DNA of 61,161 nucleotides from a virus (taxonomy: Duplodnaviria; Caudoviricetes): positions 1 to 61,161 of IMG/VR virus record IMGVR_UViG_3300050343_000157, one strand, 5' to 3'. Below the pieces are notes generated by a model. It was given only the letters and a program-made list of their open reading frames with translations. It was not told where the DNA came from and did no database searches. The first letter of the stretch is position 1. Every line of letters begins with the position of its first letter. The translations under genes were made by a program, and so were the position numbers. Below are positions 28,252 through 37,254 of this stretch, piece by piece.

Positions 28252-30663
28252 TTATCTAGGATCAAATTGCTCTAATCCAAATCCACCTAAACTATCAAAT
28301 CCTGCAGATTCAAAGTTTTTTGGTGGTTTACCAGATTTTCTCTGGTCTATAAGTTCACTTTGCTGTGAAGCTTGTATTTTTGTTCTTTTGTCTTTACGAT
28401 CTTCTTTATACTTCTCTTTATTGTTAATCACCTGATTGTCCTGCTCCTTAAGTCTCATGTTAAGTTGAAACTCAAACTCCATTAATTCTTTTTTAATTTG
28501 CGCTTCTCTTTCGAGTTTTGCAATGTCAAATTGAGATTGTGCTTGTGCGATTTGAACTTTGCTTTCTGCAATACCTTGCTGTTTTTGTATTTCTGCGGCG
28601 GCTCCTGCTTGAGCTGACTGAGCGTTAGCTTGAGATTGCGCTTGGATGTTTTCCATTTGCATTTGTCTGTCTCTTTCAAATTTTTGCTTTCTTCTTAATT
28701 TTAGTAATTGGTTGGCTAACTTTAAATTTTTAATTTCACGTACATCGATAGCATCTTCTAATTCAATTTGCTTTTGAGATATGGCCATTTGTATATTATT
28801 TTCTAGCAATTGTTTTTCTTCTTCATCTGGAGCTAATTGTAAAAATATACCAAAATCATGTAAATGCAATTCTTTCATTTCCTCCAACGCGCCCACATTA
28901 AATTTACCCAGCGATTGAATAAATGAATTTTTAATATTTGAATATTCCAAAACATCAGAAATTCTTAACGCAATAGCCTCTGCGGTCTTTAATGTTAAAT
29001 ATAAGCCAGCTTGTAATATATGTCTTGTTGCTGTATTGCTATTAGCGGCTGCTAATTTTTGTAAGCCAACTAAAGCATTTCTATCAGGCGTACTACCATC
29101 TCTTGCCTCATTCAACCCTGTAACATCTCTCATCATTTGTAAATAATAGTTGTAGGATTGTATTAAGCTTTGTATTTTAGTTCCCCCTGATCCTGTTCGC
29201 AATTCTTGTATTGGTATTTTGCCATTATTAAAATCACCATCTTGTGTCATAGATCTACCTATAACGGAACCTGTTTGGAAGTACATGTTTAAAGCTTCTT
29301 GCGGGTTGTAATTTGTTCCATTACCCAAATCAACTTCCGCTAAACCATCCGCGTCTAAATAAACCCCGTCAGGAACCATTCTCGACAATACTTGTTGTAA
29401 TTTTAAATGTGTTATTTGAATCATATCAGCGAATGATGTCATTCTGCTAACTAACGATTCTGTTTTGCCTTTGTATATTCTAGGAGCTACAATGCTATAA
29501 CTCATCTGTACTTTAGTTATATCAGACTTAGGCCTTGTCATATTAACGGCTTTTTGCCATTTTAATAATTTATCGTGCCCAACAATTTTAGCACCTTCGT
29601 ATAGGCATTCAATAGATCTATTTACTTTCTGAAATCTAGCTCTTGAATCCTTAGGTGGATTGAATTTATCGTCTTTTTTGATAGCTTTATCAGCTCCGGA
29701 TGTTGTTTCTTTTATTTTGTATACTTGGTTTTCAAATGTTTTATATTCAAAATACAATACATACACAAAGTTTTTATCCGATGAATTCACCCCAGCTTGA
29801 TTATATAGTAAAGAACTATTGCCTTTACCCTCAATCTCTTCTATGTCTTCTGTTGTTAAATCAGGAAATTGTTTTTTCAACTCCACTAAAGTAACTCTTC
29901 GGACTTCTCCAACATAATATAAATCGTCAAAGTATGGTGAATCCGTGTAAGAATATACAATATCGGATGGATCTACATAATCTAATTTAATACCTTCTGC
30001 TGTATTAAAACTATTTTTAACACAACCTATCCCAAGTACAGCAATATCGTAATCTAATCTTTTCTTTAATAAATCGTATTTATTTAAATCAAAAACATTA
30101 TTTATAGCCTGTTCTTCAGCAATTTCGATAGATTGTTTGTAGTCGAGCTGCATGTGTAGTTCAAGCTCTTGGCTATTTACTGGTAATTTTTTTGGATCAT
30201 TTTTAAACATATTAACCCCTAAAGAGGAACCTATATCTTGAAATAACTCTTTGTTACCCATATCCCGTAGCATATTTTTAACATACTTAGTTCTTTCGTC
30301 GCTAGCAATCCCATCTACTGAATAGGCTTTTAAATCGTACGCTCTTTCAGCGATACCGTTTACAACTATATCCACAAACTTTGGAATAATAGGTACCGGT
30401 TTCCAATCTAAATTTAAATAGGACAAATCACCATTAATGGATAATTCATCTTTGTATTTCTTAATGCTTTGCTCCCCTCTTGCGTATAATCTAAGATTAT
30501 GATAATTATCTCTATTTGAGAAATAGCGAGATCCTCCGGAATCTTTTTTGAACCATTCTGACTCTACAGCTTTAGCGATTTCAAGTCCGTACTCTGTACT
30601 TCTTTTTTCTGTGTCGCTTACTGCTTGACTCGGAAAAATACCTCTTGGTGATACTTTTGCCAT
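28252..30663 (-). CDS. portal protein
   Basis: 803 aa after terL; PIIPKFVDIVVNG, DVTGLNEARDG, Gln-rich C-terminal coiled coil. Confidence 0.88.
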   Translation of the reverse strand: MAKVSPRGIFPSQAVSDTEKRSTEYGLEIAKAVESEWFKKDSGGSRYFSNRDNYHNLRLYARGEQSIKKYKDELSINGDLSYLNLDWKPVPIIPKFVDIVVNGIAERAYDLKAYSVDGIASDERTKYVKNMLRDMGNKELFQDIGSSLGVNMFKNDPKKLPVNSQELELHMQLDYKQSIEIAEEQAINNVFDLNKYDLLKKRLDYDIAVLGIGCVKNSFNTAEGIKLDYVDPSDIVYSYTDSPYFDDLYYVGEVRRVTLVELKKQFPDLTTEDIEEIEGKGNSSLLYNQAGVNSSDKNFVYVLYFEYKTFENQVYKIKETTSGADKAIKKDDKFNPPKDSRARFQKVNRSIECLYEGAKIVGHDKLLKWQKAVNMTRPKSDITKVQMSYSIVAPRIYKGKTESLVSRMTSFADMIQITHLKLQQVLSRMVPDGVYLDADGLAEVDLGNGTNYNPQEALNMYFQTGSVIGRSMTQDGDFNNGKIPIQELRTGSGGTKIQSLIQSYNYYLQMMRDVTGLNEARDGSTPDRNALVGLQKLAAANSNTATRHILQAGLYLTLKTAEAIALRISDVLEYSNIKNSFIQSLGKFNVGALEEMKELHLHDFGIFLQLAPDEEEKQLLENNIQMAISQKQIELEDAIDVREIKNLKLANQLLKLRRKQKFERDRQMQMENIQAQSQANAQSAQAGAAAEIQKQQGIAESKVQIAQAQSQFDIAKLEREAQIKKELMEFEFQLNMRLKEQDNQVINNKEKYKEDRKDKRTKIQASQQSELIDQRKSGKPPKNFESAGFDSLGGFGLEQFDPR

Positions 30664-32874
30664 CTATTGTATTATTTTTGAAAAATTTCCATTATTGTTA
30701 TATTTAGATAAACTAAAATTAACGTTACTTTTTATTTTACGTGTTTGATTAGGCACATATAAATGTTTATTACATGCCATAATAGCTAATCCTGAACTGA
30801 TTGCTGCATCAAATTTTGTTCTTTTATTTATATCAAACTTAGCCCAGTCATTTAATGTTTCTGAAAAATATAGGTCACCGTAATTGCCGCCCTCTAATTC
30901 ACCAACATATTTATTTATGTAACTCTCTATCGCTGAAGCATGTGCTTGTCTAATATCTTCACTTGAATTCGGTATGCCTCCAATTTCTTTTTCGGTAACC
31001 GATAACTTATTCCATTTTTTATCAGGTCTATTCATAGAATATCCCCTGTATCCTCTTCTTTTTAAATAATATAATAATCTAGGTTTGTTGTTTTCAGCAA
31101 GTATTGGCATACCGTAAAAATGCAATGCCATCAATATATCTTCAAAAAACATTTCTGCTGTTTGTGGCCTAGCTATATATTCAAGAAAAAACATATTAGC
31201 TGGAATTTCTTCCATACTAAACTTTGTTAATCCGTGTAACGCCCCTTTAGATCCTTTGCCATCAGTTGTTCCTGATATGTCATAACTGTCACAACCGAAT
31301 GCACCGCTATGCTCATTACCGGGATATTTAACACCATTCTTAGTTATTACTTTATTTTGTAAATGAACGGGTGGAACCCAGCTAACATTAAATCTTCCAC
31401 TGAGATTTGGTGTAAATTCTACTTTTGTATCTTTAACACCGTTTTGCCATTGAAAGCTTCCTCGCGTTACCAAAGCACTATACTTTGCTTCTTCATTAAA
31501 ATCAACCTGCTCATATATCTTTGCTAAGTTGAATATACTATTTTTAGTTTCATCTCTGAACGCGTGCTCCTCTGTACGCGGGAACTGTCTATAAAATTCA
31601 TTTAAACCGTCTTGGTCCCCCTTTAAACCTTCTACTTCGTTCTCCCAATGTTCAATAACCCCGACGTCGATAGTATCTCCCTGGTTGTCTTTGATAGGCT
31701 CTTCCGGTGTGTTAAAGACAGGTATTCCATAAGAATCGATGAATCCTTCGAAATTCCATTCCATAGGTATGAACAAAGAATATAATCCCGAGCGAGTCTG
31801 TCCATTTTTATTCCGTTTCGTAACATCTGAATTATTATATAGTTTTTTAAAATTCTCTCCCCCTTTGTCTAAAGCGTTTGATGTTGAACCCATCATACAC
31901 TTACCAATTATTCTTGAACCTAATCTAAGCGTAGTTTTTGTAACTCGCCAGTTGTTAAGAATGTTTTCTGGACGTTCCCATTTGCCTGCTTCGTCATGCA
32001 CTAGTAGCGCAAGCTTTTCACCATCATAACTGTTATCCCCTGTATTCTTCCAGTCAATAGTTGTATCTAATCCAGCTATCTCTTGAGTTTTGTCCTTAGA
32101 CTCAAATCTTTTACGAGTAAATTTTGAAGCTGGTACTCTGTATGCAAGTTCTGTTTTCGGTCTGTCCATACCGTCTTGTATAGGTCTAAAAAAGAACGGG
32201 TAGTTAATTGATATTGGTACAACTTTATCTGTAAACATTTTCTTCGCATCAGATCCTGACTTTGATAATATACCGTATCTTGCATCGGAAGATATAGTAG
32301 CCAAGTTAACGGTCTCTCCGGATGCCATAAATGAAAATCCTGAACGTCTGTTTTTAAGATAACACATTCCGTAGCATCTTTTATCTGCTTTGCAAGCTTC
32401 CCAGTGAATAAAGAATAATCTGTTTGCTTCCCTAAAATCTGGTCTCCCAACATCAATCTTGGTCCACTGCAAGTACATATAGTGAGTGCCAGTAATATAA
32501 GTGGGAACCCCTTTGCTCTTAAACCAATGCCCTTCATCTCTTTTAGTAAATTCTGTATCAATGTATGCATGCCACCTTTGTTTAAATTCATCCGGATAAT
32601 CTTTCCAATCAAATATACTCTTGATCGCTTTAAGCTCTTTAGGGTACTCGTGTGGAGCCCATCTGTCATTCTGATTATCAACGTTTGTTGCTTTAGGCAA
32701 TGCTATTTTTAAATTCTGTATGCTATACACCTCACCTATCTGGCCCGTCTTCGATATAACAATAACGTCATGCTCCTCATTATATCCGTATTCCCATTTC
32801 TTTGATCTGTTTAATCTCTGTATGGTAGTAGCTTTAATAGGTTCTATGACCTCGTATAAACTTTGCTTGTACAT
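30664..32874 (-). CDS. terL: terminase large subunit
   Basis: LKNRRSGFS Walker A-like, LVHDEAGKW Walker B, GCDSYD nuclease domain. Confidence 0.9.
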   Translation of the reverse strand: MYKQSLYEVIEPIKATTIQRLNRSKKWEYGYNEEHDVIVISKTGQIGEVYSIQNLKIALPKATNVDNQNDRWAPHEYPKELKAIKSIFDWKDYPDEFKQRWHAYIDTEFTKRDEGHWFKSKGVPTYITGTHYMYLQWTKIDVGRPDFREANRLFFIHWEACKADKRCYGMCYLKNRRSGFSFMASGETVNLATISSDARYGILSKSGSDAKKMFTDKVVPISINYPFFFRPIQDGMDRPKTELAYRVPASKFTRKRFESKDKTQEIAGLDTTIDWKNTGDNSYDGEKLALLVHDEAGKWERPENILNNWRVTKTTLRLGSRIIGKCMMGSTSNALDKGGENFKKLYNNSDVTKRNKNGQTRSGLYSLFIPMEWNFEGFIDSYGIPVFNTPEEPIKDNQGDTIDVGVIEHWENEVEGLKGDQDGLNEFYRQFPRTEEHAFRDETKNSIFNLAKIYEQVDFNEEAKYSALVTRGSFQWQNGVKDTKVEFTPNLSGRFNVSWVPPVHLQNKVITKNGVKYPGNEHSGAFGCDSYDISGTTDGKGSKGALHGLTKFSMEEIPANMFFLEYIARPQTAEMFFEDILMALHFYGMPILAENNKPRLLYYLKRRGYRGYSMNRPDKKWNKLSVTEKEIGGIPNSSEDIRQAHASAIESYINKYVGELEGGNYGDLYFSETLNDWAKFDINKRTKFDAAISSGLAIMACNKHLYVPNQTRKIKSNVNFSLSKYNNNGNFSKIIQ

Positions 32875-33146
32875 TATTTAGATCTTCTTTCTGCAAAACC
32901 TTTAAAAGTATTGTCTACTTCTTCTTTTGGTTTATTTTCAAGTATATCTTTCTCCTCTTCAATTCTGGTTAATATCTCAAATGCATCGAATATTGCGAGC
33001 TTTTTAGTGGCTGCAGCGTTCTTGAGTCTATCGGCTGAGATGTCATCATCAGTTTCAACAATAGGTTCTTTAGCGACTTTAATAAGTTCTTTGACTGCTT
33101 CATGTCCAGCTTGGATTATATTCTTTTTCGTTTCCTTGACGTTCAT
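32874..33146 (-). CDS. putative terminase small subunit
   Basis: Small helical protein directly upstream of terL; start MNVKETKK. Confidence 0.55.
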   Translation of the reverse strand: MNVKETKKNIIQAGHEAVKELIKVAKEPIVETDDDISADRLKNAAATKKLAIFDAFEILTRIEEEKDILENKPKEEVDNTFKGFAERRSK

Positions 33147-33693
33147 ATTTAATAGATATTGAATTAGTAAACACTCTATACATTCTTTCACCGTCTACAA
33201 TAAATTCGTATTCGCTATTAGGCGTAAAGCCAACTAAATCTTCTTTGTCTATTAAACTGCTAATGTCTTTATCAATATGCTTTATAATGCCTTTTAAAGC
33301 TTGCTCTTTGTCGTTATTTAATATATCAGTAGATTTTATTGGTTTAACGAAACAGAAGCCCTTAGGGGCATTCCATTCATTATTTCTTTTGTATAAAAAT
33401 ATTTGTTCTGATCTCACAAAATAAAGATCATCTTTATAATAACTTCGGCTATTACTCTCAATACCGTGCTGATTATACCATCTTCTAAATACGTTGTGGT
33501 GAACTATAACTTCATCTCCAACTTGTATTTCTGTTTTTTGGTTTTTAGGTATACCAAGCACGATTCCCGTACGACTAACATATCGATGATCAGAGATCTC
33601 GGTATTAACTAAGAGCTCTTGACCATCTATATATTTTTTATTATCGTATCTTTCGTTCTTTGGTTTTATAATAAAATCAAATAAACTTTGCAT
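33100..33693 (-). CDS. GroES-fold-like protein, possibly two tandem domains
   Basis: FIIKP...GIVLGIP...IQVGDEVIVHHN; second CFVKP...GIIKH...DLVGF. Confidence 0.5.
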   Translation of the reverse strand: MQSLFDFIIKPKNERYDNKKYIDGQELLVNTEISDHRYVSRTGIVLGIPKNQKTEIQVGDEVIVHHNVFRRWYNQHGIESNSRSYYKDDLYFVRSEQIFLYKRNNEWNAPKGFCFVKPIKSTDILNNDKEQALKGIIKHIDKDISSLIDKEDLVGFTPNSEYEFIVDGERMYRVFTNSISIKYERQGNEKEYNPSWT

Positions 33694-33911
33694 TAATATT
33701 CTAAATTGTATTCTACAGCTATTGCCATGTTCTTATTAAAATCTTTCCACGGTAGCACTTCTTTTCCTTTTTTAATGAAAATAGAAAATTTATCCGACTC
33801 TTCTATTATGTCACATATTGTATGGCCACCATATACTTCCTGACCCACAGCATAATGCATAGCGTCGTTTTTGTAGTCTCTACCTATACTTATTTTACGA
33901 ACTAGACTCAT
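33693..33911 (-). CDS. hypothetical protein (72 aa)
   Basis: MSLVRKISIGRDYKNDAMHYAVGQ. Confidence 0.7.
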   Translation of the reverse strand: MSLVRKISIGRDYKNDAMHYAVGQEVYGGHTICDIIEESDKFSIFIKKGKEVLPWKDFNKNMAIAVEYNLEY

Positions 33912-34149
33912 CTTCTTTGATTGGCTCGTAAGATCCGTCTTCAATATTAATTTGTATTTTACCGTACTTCTCTTCTAGCTTAGCTTGCAACTTGTTCAAA
34001 TCTTGTTGAACTTCTGCCGCAGCGTGGTTAAGCTGGTGTTTCTTTAATTCTAAGTTACCTATTTGCGAGGCAGCATTATTAAGCTTACCTACAAATCCCT
34101 GTAATTCTTCTAATTGTTCAGGTGTAATTTTGTTTACTTGGTTTTCCAT
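33895..34149 (-). CDS. small coiled-coil protein
   Basis: Heptad pattern; LEEKYGKIQINIEDG. Confidence 0.7.
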   Translation of the reverse strand: MENQVNKITPEQLEELQGFVGKLNNAASQIGNLELKKHQLNHAAAEVQQDLNKLQAKLEEKYGKIQINIEDGSYEPIKEDESSS

Positions 34150-34196
34150 AATCTTTAATTTTTAAAATTTAATTTAATTGTTTGGGTTATAATTTA

Positions 34197-34206
34197 TTAT
34201 CACTTG
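34197..34206 (-). promoter_or_regulatory. putative late promoter core upstream of packaging/head genes
   Basis: CAAGTGATAA in a 74-nt intergenic gap. Confidence 0.55.
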
Positions 34207-34223
34207 TTTTACTTAATTTCTAA

Positions 34224-34562
34224 TTATTCTTCAGTAGTAGCAGGAAAGGGTGCTCGGAATATTATGTTTACCGGCGCTTTTATTAATGCAATTTGCGCGT
34301 CTAAACTAGCTTTCATGCTATCCACATCCAGCCCATTTTCTAACCAACCAATTACGTCGGCCTCCGCTAGGCTATCATACTCTGTGAAGTTATCTGCGTC
34401 GTATTCTACGGAATGAGTTCCTATAGATGAAGCCGTTTTTGCAGCATCATCATTATCTACTGCGGAATATCCCCAGTGAATTGTGTTGATAACATTATCT
34501 TTGTTATCGTGGGAAATTTTTGCGTCTAACGCATTAATTGTCCATTTGTAAGTGTTTGCCAT
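34224..34562 (-). CDS. tail fibre-associated protein
   Basis: YKWTI...VINTIHW...YDSLAEADVIGWL, downstream of fibres. Confidence 0.6.
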   Translation of the reverse strand: MANTYKWTINALDAKISHDNKDNVINTIHWGYSAVDNDDAAKTASSIGTHSVEYDADNFTEYDSLAEADVIGWLENGLDVDSMKASLDAQIALIKAPVNIIFRAPFPATTEE

Positions 34563-34567
34563 TTTAA

Positions 34568-34930
34568 TTATTTTTTTGGATTGTTATCTTTAATTGTTTT
34601 AATGACGGAATAAAATTCTCCATTTTTATCTAATGTACCGTTATCAATATCGTGAAATAATTTATCGAGTTGTTCTTCAATACTCGGATACGCTAATTTT
34701 CTAGGTTGTTGATATTTTAATTTTTCTTCAATATCTTTATAATCTTGTAGCTCTTGTTCAGAAGGTGTAAATAGAGTTTTTACAACTTCATCGTTCACAT
34801 AAGAATATGTATACTTTATATCAAAATTGTCAACTTCTTTAATTATATAATCATCGTTACCAATATAAAACTTGTTTATGTTTTTTTGTGATAATACAAA
34901 ATTTCCTTCTTTATTAAATACTAATTTCAT
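34568..34930 (-). CDS. tail fibre assembly-like protein
   Basis: RKLAYPSIEEQLDKLFHD...IKDNNPK. Confidence 0.6.
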   Translation of the reverse strand: MKLVFNKEGNFVLSQKNINKFYIGNDDYIIKEVDNFDIKYTYSYVNDEVVKTLFTPSEQELQDYKDIEEKLKYQQPRKLAYPSIEEQLDKLFHDIDNGTLDKNGEFYSVIKTIKDNNPKK

Positions 34931-34932
34931 AT

Positions 34933-37254
34933 TTAAGGTTTTAAACGTGTTACTCTAATATACCCATAACCATTACTCCCATGAGTACCTGAACTTTTTT
35001 GAACTCGTATTTTTGTTCCAGTCATCCAAACAACTGACCAAGCACCACCATTACTAGATGTTTGATTAAAATAGGTATGTATAAGTGTTATGTTAGACTG
35101 AATGGTACTTCTTTGGTAATATGCTTGATGCAATCCAGCTCCATAACCTGTTGAATAATGTGTCCAAGCTACAAAAACTTCAAAAGGCTGTCCAGATGCC
35201 CCAATACTTTTCAAATCAATATCAAAAGACGGGGTTGATGACCCTGTTGTTGTAAAATCCTCCCTATATTCGTCTACGGTATCAATACTTAAAACATTAC
35301 CTGTTACTTCTACTCTACCGCTATCTGTAATACGCATTTTTTCTGTAGCTACAGGAGAACCACTACCACCAAGTGATGTTTTAAATACTAATTCTCCCCC
35401 TGGTACTGATGAGCCTGCTTGATTATCACATACAATAGATGAAACAGCCCTATTTGCACCTGTTGAAGAATCATTTGTAAAAAATTCAATAGTACCTAAT
35501 GTTCCGTCGCCTAAAGGATCTTGAGTATTTGTTAGTCTTAAGGTTGGTGTGCTTGCTGCAATATCTAAAGTTTTTCGAGGCGAAGTCGTACCGATCCCGA
35601 CGTCGCCCGTACCACCATCTATAAACATATCGTGGCGCATATCTTTTAAATGAGTACTCGAACCAGCTGTTGTATGAGCAAATAATATGCCTCTTCCAAC
35701 GCCTTGGAATCCAAAAATTCCTAATGCATCATCTGCCCCACCACTACCGTATTTTCCAGCTGTTATTCCAAAATTAGTATCAATTAAGTTTAGTCTAGGA
35801 TTAGAGGCCAAGGAGGTATCAGCAAAATTACCCTCTATCATCATTGAATAACTACCATTTGTAGCCGCGGTACCTATTTGTAAATCATGTGAAGGACTAG
35901 TCGTTTTAATTCCTACGTTTCCACTACCAGCTCCTTCAGTGGTGAATGAAAATCCATTAGCACCGCTATATTGTAAATATCCGGCCTGTGAATTATTGCT
36001 ATCCCAATGTATTAATAATCCATGTTCTATTCTAACAAATCCGTTTGCTTGAAATACTGCTGAACTACCAACATATAATTCCTCACCTAATTGTAACTTA
36101 GCAGCAGTTGCTATAGATGACGGCGCACCTATAGTTACGGTGCCTCCACTTGTGATACGCATTCTTTCTGAAGTTGAATTACCCGTTACTGTATAAAAAG
36201 ATAATTCAGCACTAAAATTATTAGCTTGTGCTATTGACCTTATTTGAGCTCTTCCTCCAGTTCCAGCAGTTAATCCTATAATTAAATCGCTACCAGCATC
36301 TGGTTCTTTTAAATCTAATAAAACTGTACTTGGTATGCTCGTTTGTCCAATTCCTACGTTTCCAGAACTGTCTATACGTATTCGTTCTGCAAGAGGAACA
36401 GTAGCGTCGGCTGTTCCAGAAGGAGCATTAAAGAATTGAAGCTCTCCTGTTGAACTTAAATTTAATCTTGCTGCTGCTTGTGAAGTAATATACTTATTTG
36501 CTCCATCAAAATATATATTATTAGTCAAGAAAACTCCATTGTATGCCTCCCATAAAGCACCACGTGTTGAAATTTGTATTGCTTTTGTGTTTCCAACAGT
36601 TGCCCAATTTTCAGGTGTTACGCCAATTCCTACGTTTCCTGATCCATCTATTCTTACTCTTTCTACAGAGCCACCAATAAAAGTAAATGCATTATCTGAT
36701 TGAAAATTTAAAGCATTTGCTCCATTATTAAATTGTATGTATGCTTTTTGTGTAGTGTTTTGAATAAAATCAATATATGGCGAACCTGAAGAAGAAGCTG
36801 TTTTTATTGAAATATAATTATTTGCAATTACGCTTCCTGCAAAAGTTGCGTTAGTTCCAATAGTTGCTAAAGTTGGTGTAAATGAAGATTGACCAGTTGA
36901 TAAATTCCAAGCAGTAGGCCTTAATAAAACTTCTCCACTTGAATTTGTTCCAAGAACAGCAGATGTTCCTGATGATTTATAATAAGTTGAAGCAGTTACT
37001 GTACCTGCAAAAGTTGGTGATTCTTCAAAGTTAGAAGTTATAACGCCTGTTGAACTATTATACGACAATGCATTACCGCTGACACTAACAGCACCTCTAG
37101 CTCTAGCATCTGTATAATACAAGTTAGCACCCTCAGTGATATGAGCTGTTGTAATACCACTTATTTTATCGCTAGTAACCGCATTGTCCGCTATATTACC
37201 TGTAGCTATCGTTGAGCTCGCTATTAAATCACCTGTTACTTTAGTGTTAGCCAT
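34933..37254 (-). CDS. tail fibre protein (773 aa)
   Basis: Repeated ERxRI..GNVGIG units; G/S/T-rich. Confidence 0.85.
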   Translation of the reverse strand: MANTKVTGDLIASSTIATGNIADNAVTSDKISGITTAHITEGANLYYTDARARGAVSVSGNALSYNSSTGVITSNFEESPTFAGTVTASTYYKSSGTSAVLGTNSSGEVLLRPTAWNLSTGQSSFTPTLATIGTNATFAGSVIANNYISIKTASSSGSPYIDFIQNTTQKAYIQFNNGANALNFQSDNAFTFIGGSVERVRIDGSGNVGIGVTPENWATVGNTKAIQISTRGALWEAYNGVFLTNNIYFDGANKYITSQAAARLNLSSTGELQFFNAPSGTADATVPLAERIRIDSSGNVGIGQTSIPSTVLLDLKEPDAGSDLIIGLTAGTGGRAQIRSIAQANNFSAELSFYTVTGNSTSERMRITSGGTVTIGAPSSIATAAKLQLGEELYVGSSAVFQANGFVRIEHGLLIHWDSNNSQAGYLQYSGANGFSFTTEGAGSGNVGIKTTSPSHDLQIGTAATNGSYSMMIEGNFADTSLASNPRLNLIDTNFGITAGKYGSGGADDALGIFGFQGVGRGILFAHTTAGSSTHLKDMRHDMFIDGGTGDVGIGTTSPRKTLDIAASTPTLRLTNTQDPLGDGTLGTIEFFTNDSSTGANRAVSSIVCDNQAGSSVPGGELVFKTSLGGSGSPVATEKMRITDSGRVEVTGNVLSIDTVDEYREDFTTTGSSTPSFDIDLKSIGASGQPFEVFVAWTHYSTGYGAGLHQAYYQRSTIQSNITLIHTYFNQTSSNGGAWSVVWMTGTKIRVQKSSGTHGSNGYGYIRVTRLKP

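Noticed and set aside
3020-32874. Introns or inteins in nrdA, nrdB or terL
   Set aside because: Reading frames are continuous and of expected length, with no intein termini seen
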